Source: Limihaloglobus sulfuriphilus
Lineage (GTDB): Bacteria; Planctomycetota; Phycisphaerae; Sedimentisphaerales; Sedimentisphaeraceae
Assembly: GCF_001999965.1 (NCBI RefSeq)
Contig: NZ_CP019646.1
Location: forward strand, 3,733,125-3,757,124
DNA: 24,000 nucleotides
Reading direction: 5' to 3'
Of this stretch, positions 5,711 through 14,072 are shown in pieces. The notes under the pieces were generated by a model that was given only the letters and a program-made list of their open reading frames with translations, was not told where the DNA came from and made no database searches. The position numbers and the translations under genes are program-made. Every line of letters begins with the position of its first letter. The first letter of the stretch is position 1.

Positions 5711-8335
5711 ATGGCCAATACTTCTGACAATTTGACACCTGCGATGAAGCAGTTTCATCACTTTAAGGACAAGTATCCCGATGCGGTGCTGTTCTTTCGT
5801 ATGGGTGACTTTTATGAGACTTTCTACGAAGACGCCCAGATTTGCTCTCGGGTACTCGGTCTGGCATTGACTACCAGAAACAAAAATTCCGCCAATCCGA
5901 TTCCCCTTGCGGGCCTTCCGTACCATGCGGTTGATGCGTACCTTAAAAAGATGATAAAAGCCGGCTACAAGGTCGCGGTGTGTGAGCAGGTCGAGGATCC
6001 TAAAAAAGCAAAGGGCGTCGTAAAACGCGATGTTGTCAGGGTAATAACTCCCGGCACACTAACAGACGACATACTGCTTGATGAGAAGGAAGATAATTTT
6101 CTCTGCGCTCCGTATCTCGGGCCAAAGGGCGCTGCCCTGTGCTGGGTGGATATATCGACAGGGCATTTCTACGCTCAACAGCTCGATGAAGACGCGATTG
6201 TTGATGAGATACTGCGGCTCTCACCGAGTGAATGCCTGGTGCCGGAGAAGAGAGAGCAGCTTTTCGGAGACGATTACGCCAAACTCGCCAAACAGCTATC
6301 CGAGATTTCCAGCATTGTCATTACCCATCGGCCAGGGTGGTATTTTGACCCTTACAGCGCGGAGAAATCTCTTCTAAAGCATTTTGGCACAAATACGCTT
6401 GAGGGTTTTGGCGTGGATGGTGACAGTGATGTTATACCGCCTGCCGGCGCTCTGCTGGAGTATCTTTCAGAGACACAGAAGACCAGCCTCGCACATATCC
6501 GTTCGATCAAACTTATAAACAAACGCAGCTTCCTGCATATTGATCAAACTTCTCTGCGAAGTCTTGAGATATTGCGGACTATGAGAAGCGAGGACAAAAA
6601 AGGCTCACTGTTTGACAGCATTGACCAGACACTTACCGGCATGGGTGCCAGAATGCTCCGCGGCTGGGTATGTATGCCGCTCAGGCAGGTTGACAGGATC
6701 ACAGAGCGGCACACCGCGGTACAGGAGCTGTGCGATTTTTCGCAGAAACTTGATGATATTCGTTCTCAGTTAAAGAACACCGCCGACCTCGAACGGATAG
6801 TGTCGAGAATCAGCACGTTTCGCGCATCGCCAAAGGATTTTGTCCTGTTGGCCGATACTCTCCGCAAGATACCGGCAATGAAATTGCTGCTTAGCGAATC
6901 GGTTTCGGGGCTTCTCAAAAACCTCGCGCAGGGCTGCGATACAATGGAAGAGCTGGCGGATCTACTCGAGGCGGCGATAGAGCCGGAGTGTCCGAGCCAT
7001 TTTCGTGACGGGGGTGTTATCCGTACGGGCTTCAACGCCGAGCTTGATGAGCTTCGCGGCATTTCAAAAGACGGCCGGAGCTGGCTGGCGGCCTACCAGA
7101 AAAAGCAGATAGAGCTTACCGGCATACAAAATCTCAAACTCGGGTTCAACAAGGTCTTCGGGTATTACCTCGAAATCAGCCGCTCAATGGCGGATCAGGT
7201 GCCCGGGGACTACGTGCGCAAGCAGACGCTGAAAAACGCCGAAAGATATATTACACAAGAGCTCAAAGAATACGAGGACAAGGTGCTTAGTGCACACGAG
7301 AGAAGCCTTGAGCTGGAGCTGAGTATCTTTGACCAGCTGCGCAGCCGCGCTGCGGGATATGCCTCGCGTTTGCAGGTGCTCGCCCAGTGCGTCGGCTGTA
7401 TCGACTGTATTGCCTCGCTGGCGCATCTCGCTCTGCGGCGGGGATACATACGGCCGGAAATGTGCGGCGAGAAGGTTCTGGAAATAAAAGAGGGCAAACA
7501 CCCCGTCGTAGCCCAGAGCCTGGGAAATGAGTTTGTGTCGAATGATCTTGAGCTGGGCGGCGAATCGGCGGATGTAATGATAATTACCGGCCCAAATATG
7601 AGCGGCAAGAGTACCTATATCCGCCAGAGTGCTTTGCTGGTGCTGATGGCGCAGATGGGCAGCTTCATACCCGCTGAATCGGCGCGTATCGGAGTGGTTG
7701 ACAGGATATTTACCCGTGTCGGCGCATCGGACGAGCTGGCAAGGGGCCAGTCAACGTTTATGGTAGAGATGACCGAGACCGCCAATATCATAAACAACGC
7801 AACAGACCGTTCACTGGTGGTTCTCGACGAGGTCGGCCGCGGTACAAGCACCTATGACGGGCTCTCGCTGGCCTGGGCGATCACCGAGCACATTGCCAAC
7901 AATATCGGCTGCCGCACGCTGTTTGCAACACATTATCACGAGCTCACGGAGCTGGCCCAGCTGCTGGACAACGTGAAAAACTGCAACGTCGCAGTGCGTG
8001 AATGGATGGATGAAGTGGTTTTTCTGCACAAGATAGTACCCGGGGGCACCGACAAGAGCTATGGTATTCATGTTGCCCGCCTTGCCGGACTGCCGGCAAG
8101 TATAACCGCCCGCAGCCGTGAAATACTTGATGACCTGGAAAGTACCTTTGTCAAAGAAGCCTCCGGAGAAAAACTGGCGAGAAACAAAACCGCTCAGCAG
8201 CCTCAGCAGCAACTTTTCGTTGAACAAAACAGAAGTGTGCTCGAGAAACTTTTAAACCTCGATGTCAATAACCTGACGCCAATTGAGGCGATTACTCTTC
8301 TCAACGATATCAAGAAAGAGATAAGAGAAAATTAG
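5711..8335 (+). CDS. mutS: DNA mismatch repair protein MutS
   Basis: TPAMKQFHHFKDKYPDAVLFFRMGDFYETFYEDA carries the Phe-X-Glu mismatch-recognition motif. Walker A is GPNMSGKSTYIRQ, followed by LVVLDEVGRGTSTYDG and FATHYHELT. Length is 874 aa. Confidence 0.98.
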   Translation: MANTSDNLTPAMKQFHHFKDKYPDAVLFFRMGDFYETFYEDAQICSRVLGLALTTRNKNSANPIPLAGLPYHAVDAYLKKMIKAGYKVAVCEQVEDPKKAKGVVKRDVVRVITPGTLTDDILLDEKEDNFLCAPYLGPKGAALCWVDISTGHFYAQQLDEDAIVDEILRLSPSECLVPEKREQLFGDDYAKLAKQLSEISSIVITHRPGWYFDPYSAEKSLLKHFGTNTLEGFGVDGDSDVIPPAGALLEYLSETQKTSLAHIRSIKLINKRSFLHIDQTSLRSLEILRTMRSEDKKGSLFDSIDQTLTGMGARMLRGWVCMPLRQVDRITERHTAVQELCDFSQKLDDIRSQLKNTADLERIVSRISTFRASPKDFVLLADTLRKIPAMKLLLSESVSGLLKNLAQGCDTMEELADLLEAAIEPECPSHFRDGGVIRTGFNAELDELRGISKDGRSWLAAYQKKQIELTGIQNLKLGFNKVFGYYLEISRSMADQVPGDYVRKQTLKNAERYITQELKEYEDKVLSAHERSLELELSIFDQLRSRAAGYASRLQVLAQCVGCIDCIASLAHLALRRGYIRPEMCGEKVLEIKEGKHPVVAQSLGNEFVSNDLELGGESADVMIITGPNMSGKSTYIRQSALLVLMAQMGSFIPAESARIGVVDRIFTRVGASDELARGQSTFMVEMTETANIINNATDRSLVVLDEVGRGTSTYDGLSLAWAITEHIANNIGCRTLFATHYHELTELAQLLDNVKNCNVAVREWMDEVVFLHKIVPGGTDKSYGIHVARLAGLPASITARSREILDDLESTFVKEASGEKLARNKTAQQPQQQLFVEQNRSVLEKLLNLDVNNLTPIEAITLLNDIKKEIREN

Positions 8336-9552
8336 CCTTTTGGCCGCATAATTACCGTTGTGCATTCGGCGGGGTTGTATTCCCTGAGCATTTGGTTAAT
8401 TTGCTCGGCAGTTACCGCTTTAACGTTTGCCACTTCGTTGTCAATAGTTCTGTATTCTTCGAGGTATGTCCAGTTGATGCCGACCTCTATCAGCCGTCCC
8501 ATTGGAAGCTCATTTTTCAGGGTAATGGTACTTAGTACCTTGTTACGGGCCTTATTGAGTTCGTCCTCTGTTACACCGTCCTTGTGAAGTTTTTCCAGTT
8601 CGGCCTTGGTAATCTCGAGTACCTCAGCGCTGTTTTCCGTGCCGCAGCGGAGGTACGAGTATATGGCGCCCGTGCCGTCCATCGGGTCGTACTGGCTCGA
8701 AGCGATTTCGGCTTTTGCCGTGTCAACCAGGCTCCAGAAGAGTCTTGAGCCGGTATCGTCGCCGAGTATTACGCCTGTCAGCATCGCGGCGTACTTGAGC
8801 TCGTGCTGAGCGGATACAGACGGTGAAACAATGCAGATATGCTCTCGTATAAGCCCCTGTTTCTGTACCGTGTCTGTTTTGGCGTTTCCCTGGTATGCGG
8901 GTGTCTGGCGTTTTGCCCCTGAGGCTTTCCAGCCGCCGCAGTTGGTTTCTGCCAGCTTGCACAGGGCATCCCAGTCGAAATTGCCGCAGCAGACGAGAGT
9001 AAGGTTATCGGAGGCGTAGCGGCGGGAGAAATATTCCCGCATCTGCGAAGATGTAAGGTTTTTTATACTTTCATCGGTTCCCAGAACACTGTAGCCGCAC
9101 GGGTGATTATTAAAGTGCAGGCTTCTGGCCCGATCCATTACGTCGAAGTGCGGCAGGTCCTGATACATTGCGATTTCTTCGAGGATGACGTTTTTCTCCA
9201 TGTTGAAATCATCGTCTCGCAGCGAAGGGCGCATCAGCTGTGTCCAGAGATCGGCCACCTCTTCGAGGTATTCCGGCAGAACAGCGGCGTAGTAAACGGT
9301 GTTTTCCTCGCTTGTAAACGCGTTGAACTGCGCTCCGGTGCGGTCAAACGCCTCGTTCACCTCCAGTGCCGTGAGTTTGTCGGTACCCTTGAACATCATG
9401 TGCTCAAGAAAGTGCGAAACGCCGTTGATAGCGTCATTTTCATCACGTGCGCCGGTTTTTGCAAAGAAACCGACAGCGGCTGACTGTGCCGCGGGGTTGA
9501 CTTCGCCGATTATATTTAATCCGTTATCGAGTGTTTTGTGTTTAAATTGCAT
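8332..9552 (-). CDS. M16-family zinc peptidase, catalytically competent subunit
   Basis: The inverted zinc-binding motif HxxEH is present in GVSHFLEHMMFKGT. The 406-aa length and two-domain pitrilysin-like layout fit the family. Its stop overlaps the mutS stop by 4 nt. Confidence 0.9.
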   Translation of the reverse strand: MQFKHKTLDNGLNIIGEVNPAAQSAAVGFFAKTGARDENDAINGVSHFLEHMMFKGTDKLTALEVNEAFDRTGAQFNAFTSEENTVYYAAVLPEYLEEVADLWTQLMRPSLRDDDFNMEKNVILEEIAMYQDLPHFDVMDRARSLHFNNHPCGYSVLGTDESIKNLTSSQMREYFSRRYASDNLTLVCCGNFDWDALCKLAETNCGGWKASGAKRQTPAYQGNAKTDTVQKQGLIREHICIVSPSVSAQHELKYAAMLTGVILGDDTGSRLFWSLVDTAKAEIASSQYDPMDGTGAIYSYLRCGTENSAEVLEITKAELEKLHKDGVTEDELNKARNKVLSTITLKNELPMGRLIEVGINWTYLEEYRTIDNEVANVKAVTAEQINQMLREYNPAECTTVIMRPKG

Positions 9553-9637
9553 AGTTACTCATAATTTGTGAATTCTGGTCAGTTCGTTGAGCTCGTTTTA
9601 AAAAGAGCATCTGGTGCAAACACCAACGCTGATGTTT

Positions 9638-10864
9638 TTACACTTTGATCTCTTTGGGCCCTATTGTAACAACTTTACATTTATCGAATGGGTTTGCCTC
9701 AAGCGCGGCGGTCATTGATTCGATAGTTACCGCTTCAATATTTTCCTTTATCTCATCAAGCGAACGTACGCGGCCCAGGAGGTTATAATCGCCTCCGATT
9801 GAGCCTGCTCTGTTCATGCTGGATTCGCTTTTCATAATAAGGCCGCTTTTTAGTCCGATCTTGGCCCTTTGCAGCTCTTCCGCCGTCAGGTCTTCTTTTA
9901 GCCGGTTGAGCTCTTTGCGTGTGACATCATAGGTCTGCTGGGCCTTATCCGGTGTGGTACCCGCATAGCATACAATGCCGGCGCGGTCACGAAGGCTGTT
10001 GTAATTGGCCCCTACCGCGTAGCAGAGGCCGCGTTTCTCACGAACCTCTGTAAACAGCCGCGAGCTCATACCGCCCGAGAGTACGGATACCGCTGCCATT
10101 AGATTGTAGTATTGGGCGTCTGATGCCGGAACTGTGGAGCACATAATCCCGATATGTACCTGTGAACCGTCGTGGGATATATGGTCATAAGCAGGGCTGG
10201 GGTTGGATTCCTGCATTTGTGTTTCACAATCAGGTTCCGAGTCGCCAAAAAGCTCTTCTAATTTTTTACACACGGCATCGAAATCGTATTTGCCCGCGAT
10301 ACTGAAAATCGCCTTGGAGGGTTTGAAACGGTCTTTGATTATAGAAGCCGTTTTTTCCGGATTCAAAGATTCGAGGTCCTCTTTTGAGCCGTATGAAGAA
10401 CGTCCCCACGGCCGGCCGTAGAAATTCTCTTTGAGTTTGAGAACTACCTGCTGTCTGGGGTCGTCATCAAGTCCGGCAAGATCGCTGAGGGCCAGCTGAC
10501 GCGAGAGCTCAAACTGCCCGGCATCAAGTTTGGGCCTCAAGACGACATCTGCGTATAGCTCAATGGCTCTGAGCAGGTTGCTCGCTTCCAAAGCGCTGGA
10601 AAAATTCATGCAGTATGTGCCTACTCCGCTGCCGCGGTGCAGACCCAGACCGTCAAGATTTTCCACAAGCCGGCGGCTGGTGTATTCGCCGGCGCCTCTG
10701 AACACCCAGTCAGAAATAACATTGCCCGCTCCCGAGCAGCCTTGAGGTATCCGAGATGTGCCGCAGGGAAGCATGATATTAAAGCTCACCGAGCCCACTT
10801 CCATGTGCTCGCCAAAGACCTTCATTCCATTTTTTAGTGTGTAACTGTCTATTTTTTCATTCAT
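9638..10864 (-). CDS. M16-family peptidase-like protein, non-catalytic subunit (no HxxEH)
   Basis: It is the same length class (408 aa) and has the same architecture as its neighbour. The equivalent position reads GAGNVISDWVFRGAG, so the HxxEH motif is absent. It sits immediately upstream of the active paralog on the same strand. Confidence 0.88.
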   Translation of the reverse strand: MNEKIDSYTLKNGMKVFGEHMEVGSVSFNIMLPCGTSRIPQGCSGAGNVISDWVFRGAGEYTSRRLVENLDGLGLHRGSGVGTYCMNFSSALEASNLLRAIELYADVVLRPKLDAGQFELSRQLALSDLAGLDDDPRQQVVLKLKENFYGRPWGRSSYGSKEDLESLNPEKTASIIKDRFKPSKAIFSIAGKYDFDAVCKKLEELFGDSEPDCETQMQESNPSPAYDHISHDGSQVHIGIMCSTVPASDAQYYNLMAAVSVLSGGMSSRLFTEVREKRGLCYAVGANYNSLRDRAGIVCYAGTTPDKAQQTYDVTRKELNRLKEDLTAEELQRAKIGLKSGLIMKSESSMNRAGSIGGDYNLLGRVRSLDEIKENIEAVTIESMTAALEANPFDKCKVVTIGPKEIKV

Positions 10865-10947
10865 ATTAAACCATTATATCTATTATGGACGTTTCGTACA
10901 GTTTTTTTTGATGATATTTAGACCGGCGGCTGAGACAAGCTGCTTGC

Positions 10948-13227
10948 TTATATCCATCGGCGTATAAATGACTGCATTCCCCCGCCGGCCTTGACCAGCA
11001 TTACCGGCATATCGCAGCGTTTGGCAAGCTCCTCTGGTATAGAACTCTTGAATACCTGGCTGAGCATGGGTTTGTTGGATATGCCGACGATTACGAGGTC
11101 ATATTCAGATGATTCCTTTATCAGGCTCTCAATTGTGCTTTGAGAGGATATCGTTTTGAAATCGAACAGAGATTTCTCGAGTTTTCGTTTTTTGCATTGA
11201 GTCTTTACAAAATCTTCGAGGTTAAAGCCGTTTCTGCCGGGGTTTTTAATCGTGCCGACAGTAATCTTTGTATCCGGCTCACCCGATGCCAGCATGGAGG
11301 CTACTTCCATCGCGAAACCGGCATTGGGGCCGCCGGCGGCGGGTATGAATATCCGTTTGAACGACTTATTGCCGCCGCAGTTTTTCAAGACAACAACGTT
11401 GCACGGGGCCTGCTCAATAATCGGGTCTATTGTAGAGCCTACGCTGAAAATCCCCAGCTTATGTTTGCCGTGCCAGCCCATAACGAGCATTTTTGTTTTC
11501 TTCTCACGAATCGCGGAGACGATACCTCTGGCAACATTGCGGCAGTACCTTATCGTGGTGTTTACGGGAAAATGCAGCGAGAGATAAAGCATTACCTCAT
11601 AGATAGCTTCGCGTCCGGTTTTGACGTATTGGCCTGCCATTTCAAGCGGCATCTGCGAGGGGATGGCAACCATGTTGATAAGCTCAACCCGGGCATCTTT
11701 GGCACCGGAGATATGATAAGCCGCCTGCACAAGCTCGGTTGCGTTGGCGGGGTTTGAGACTGCGACCATGAGAGAGTACTTTTTCTCATCAGAGGAGGCG
11801 GATTTCTCTTCGTCAATGATCTGTATCTCATGTTCTCCGACGTGAGCCCTTGTGCGTGAATAGCCCCAGAAAATCATCACGCCCGATACAATCCATATCG
11901 GCGCGACAATCCAGGCTATCGCGCTCATGTGAACCAGCCATACCGCCAGTACCGCCTGGCAGACAATCGCCAGCAGCGGCGGCAGCGGAAACAGCGGCAG
12001 CATAAACCCGTATTCCAGCTCATCAGCCATACTCCTGCGTATTTTTATAACGCAGAGGTTGACTAAAAAGAACAGGAATAGAAACATGATCGACGCGCTG
12101 GAAGCCACGTCTGCCGTGGGCAGAAACGCCGCTACAAATAGAATTATGCACGACGAGGCGACAAGTGCGCCGTGAGGCGTGTTGTTTTTCGGGTGTATCT
12201 TTGAAAAGAACCTGGGCAGCATTCCGTCACGTCCCAGGGCAAAAGAGGCTCTCGTTCCTGAATATATTGTAGCGTTGAGGGCGGATGTCGAGGAAAATAT
12301 TACCGCAAGGGTAAGGATAAAGTTCCCATAGGGCATTAAACGCCCCACAGCCTCGCCGAAGCCTTTTTCCTCATACTGGCCGATCCATGCCCAGGGCTCC
12401 ACGTCTATGCCTTCGGAGCCGGCCTTGACGGATACCACAGTGGCGAAGGCAACAAGGACATATATGAAAGTTACGATGATTACAGAATAAATCATGGCTT
12501 TTGGAAGGTTCTTCCGCGGCTCAATCGCCTCGTCACCGGCCTGGGCGATGACTTCATACCCCTCAAAAGCCACATAGGTAAAACCCATTGTTATCAGGAT
12601 TTTATCCCAGCCCTCGGGCATAAACGGCACAAAGTTTTCCAGCCTCGAGGGGTCTTGTACAACCGCGGCGATTCCGAAAAAACCGATCGTTATCACGAAA
12701 AGCGTCTGGCCCATGGTTATTATCGCGCCGATTTTGCCGGTTTCGCTGGAACCTTTGTAGTTGATAAATATAAACAGCGAGGCTATCGCTACGGCAACGG
12801 TCTTTTCCAGAAGGGCGGTTGTGTTAATCCAGCCGATAGCATCAAGAAAATGCATGGTATAAATCGCAAATGTAAGTGCGTACATCGCTCCGGCAACAGT
12901 CGAGGCGAACCACTCCATCCAGCCGGCAAGAAAACTCGTTCCCCGCCCGAAGGCTATCCTCGCGAAGTTGTACGCTCCGCCGGCGCGGGGGATCGCGGAG
13001 CTGAGCTCGGCAAAGCTCATCGCCGTCAGCATTGCCAGCAGGCCGTTGAGGGCGAATGTAAGGATAACACCGCCGGGGCCGCTGCGGCCTATGGATATTC
13101 CCATGCCCAGAAATACGCCGGCACCAATCATCATTCCAAGCCCCATCATGGTTATATGGAAGAGTGTCAGCTCGCGGGAAAGCTCCGGCGTCGGCATATT
13201 TGTATGTTGTTTATTCTTTTCTGGCAT
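10948..13227 (-). CDS. APC-superfamily amino-acid/polyamine permease fused to C-terminal tandem universal stress protein (USP) domains
   Basis: The N-terminal 450 aa or so is polytopic: LFHITMMGLGMMIGAGVFLG, SFAELSSAIPRAGGAYNF and about 12 hydrophobic segments. The C-terminal 300 aa or so holds two USP-like units (MVAVSNPANATELV...VMGWHGK and IFIPAAGGPNAGFAMEVA...DLVIVGISNK). The start may alternatively be the second Met, 10 codons downstream. Confidence 0.9.
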   Translation of the reverse strand: MPEKNKQHTNMPTPELSRELTLFHITMMGLGMMIGAGVFLGMGISIGRSGPGGVILTFALNGLLAMLTAMSFAELSSAIPRAGGAYNFARIAFGRGTSFLAGWMEWFASTVAGAMYALTFAIYTMHFLDAIGWINTTALLEKTVAVAIASLFIFINYKGSSETGKIGAIITMGQTLFVITIGFFGIAAVVQDPSRLENFVPFMPEGWDKILITMGFTYVAFEGYEVIAQAGDEAIEPRKNLPKAMIYSVIIVTFIYVLVAFATVVSVKAGSEGIDVEPWAWIGQYEEKGFGEAVGRLMPYGNFILTLAVIFSSTSALNATIYSGTRASFALGRDGMLPRFFSKIHPKNNTPHGALVASSCIILFVAAFLPTADVASSASIMFLFLFFLVNLCVIKIRRSMADELEYGFMLPLFPLPPLLAIVCQAVLAVWLVHMSAIAWIVAPIWIVSGVMIFWGYSRTRAHVGEHEIQIIDEEKSASSDEKKYSLMVAVSNPANATELVQAAYHISGAKDARVELINMVAIPSQMPLEMAGQYVKTGREAIYEVMLYLSLHFPVNTTIRYCRNVARGIVSAIREKKTKMLVMGWHGKHKLGIFSVGSTIDPIIEQAPCNVVVLKNCGGNKSFKRIFIPAAGGPNAGFAMEVASMLASGEPDTKITVGTIKNPGRNGFNLEDFVKTQCKKRKLEKSLFDFKTISSQSTIESLIKESSEYDLVIVGISNKPMLSQVFKSSIPEELAKRCDMPVMLVKAGGGMQSFIRRWI

Positions 13228-13300
13228 TATATTGTAAATGTATATTTTAAATACTTTGTGGAACTTTATAAAGGGGTTGGCAGGGCGGCTGCCGCCAGGT

Positions 13301-13456
13301 TTACTGTCTGCTCTTTTCGTTAATTATTTCCCGGGCGGTTTTATACCCCTCATGCCCGCGCTTTTCTATCGATGCACGCGCCCAGATGGTGAGTGCCGTT
13401 ATTGCCGCAAGGGAGCATACAGTAAGTATTATCCCGATGATGATGTCGATATTCAT
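13301..13456 (-). CDS. Possible 51-aa single-pass membrane peptide upstream of the permease
   Basis: My hand translation of the minus strand gives MNIDIIIGIILTVCSLAAITALTIWARASIEKRGHEGYKTAREIINEKSRQ*. That is one hydrophobic helix followed by a basic tail. It is below the ORF-track length cutoff, and I saw no homology signal. Confidence 0.3.
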   Translation of the reverse strand: MNIDIIIGIILTVCSLAAITALTIWARASIEKRGHEGYKTAREIINEKSRQ

Positions 13457-13702
13457 ATAATTATACTTATAATATAGTTTTAATTTCCAACATATTAAGG
13501 ATTTGTATCTGACTTTTCAATATAATTCCTCAAATTCTCAATCAATTGTACGGAAGAGAAATAATATTATTTTCTGGGAAATAATCCTTGCCAATCAATG
13601 AAAATTTTAGAGAATAATATTATATTACTGAAAAATAACACTATTTTGCTGGTAAACTTCAATTTCTCGTATTTTTTAACACAATATTGTCTGGTGCGAT
13701 TT

Positions 13703-14068
13703 ATGAAAATCAATTACAAACGTTACTTATTGTATCTGCTCAGGTGGCAGCTCAGCACGCCGATACTTGCCGGTGTGCTGGTTGTTCTGGCAAGCTGGAG
13801 CAGTCTCTCGGCGACGATTATCGCCAACCTCATCGGCGGGCTGATATTTTTCTGGGTTGACAGGTTTATCTTCACCTCCAGCGCCCTCGACGCCCAGTGG
13901 CAGGTCGAGGAAAACATCCAGTGCCACGACTGCGGCAGAATCGCCCGCGGCTACCGGCTGGTCAAGACGCAAAACTACGACCGCACGGGCGGCACGCCGG
14001 AGTTCAGGTGCGAAAAGTGCTCACAAAAGAAAACACAAATACTCAAACAAGCCGGAGTTGCGATATAA
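13703..14068 (+). CDS. Small membrane protein with a C-terminal CxxC...CxxC zinc ribbon
   Basis: The tracked ORF starts at 13598, but its first 35 codons (NNIILLKNNTILLVNFNF...) lie in the AT-rich promoter region. I prefer the start MKINYKRYLLYLLRWQLSTPILAGVLVVLASW... at 13703. Two hydrophobic helices are followed by CHDCGRIARGY...FRCEKCS. The ORF ends 4 nt before the next gene. Confidence 0.55.
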   Translation: MKINYKRYLLYLLRWQLSTPILAGVLVVLASWSSLSATIIANLIGGLIFFWVDRFIFTSSALDAQWQVEENIQCHDCGRIARGYRLVKTQNYDRTGGTPEFRCEKCSQKKTQILKQAGVAI

Positions 14069-14072
14069 CACA

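Noticed and set aside
13238-13477. 79-aa plus-strand ORF between the permease and the AT-rich region
   Set aside because: It has no motifs and is antisense to a more protein-like (though still uncertain) minus-strand membrane peptide.
13598-13702. N-terminal 35 codons of the tracked ORF 13598-14068
   Set aside because: The Asn/Ile/Leu-rich translation comes from the AT-rich promoter and palindrome region. The Met at 13703, directly preceding the first TM helix, is the more plausible start.
13857-14072. N-terminal extension of the yitJ-like ORF (start at 13857)
   Set aside because: It overlaps the zinc-ribbon gene in another frame and translates to Ser/Ala/Arg-rich filler. The conserved methyltransferase N-terminus begins right after the Met at 14073.
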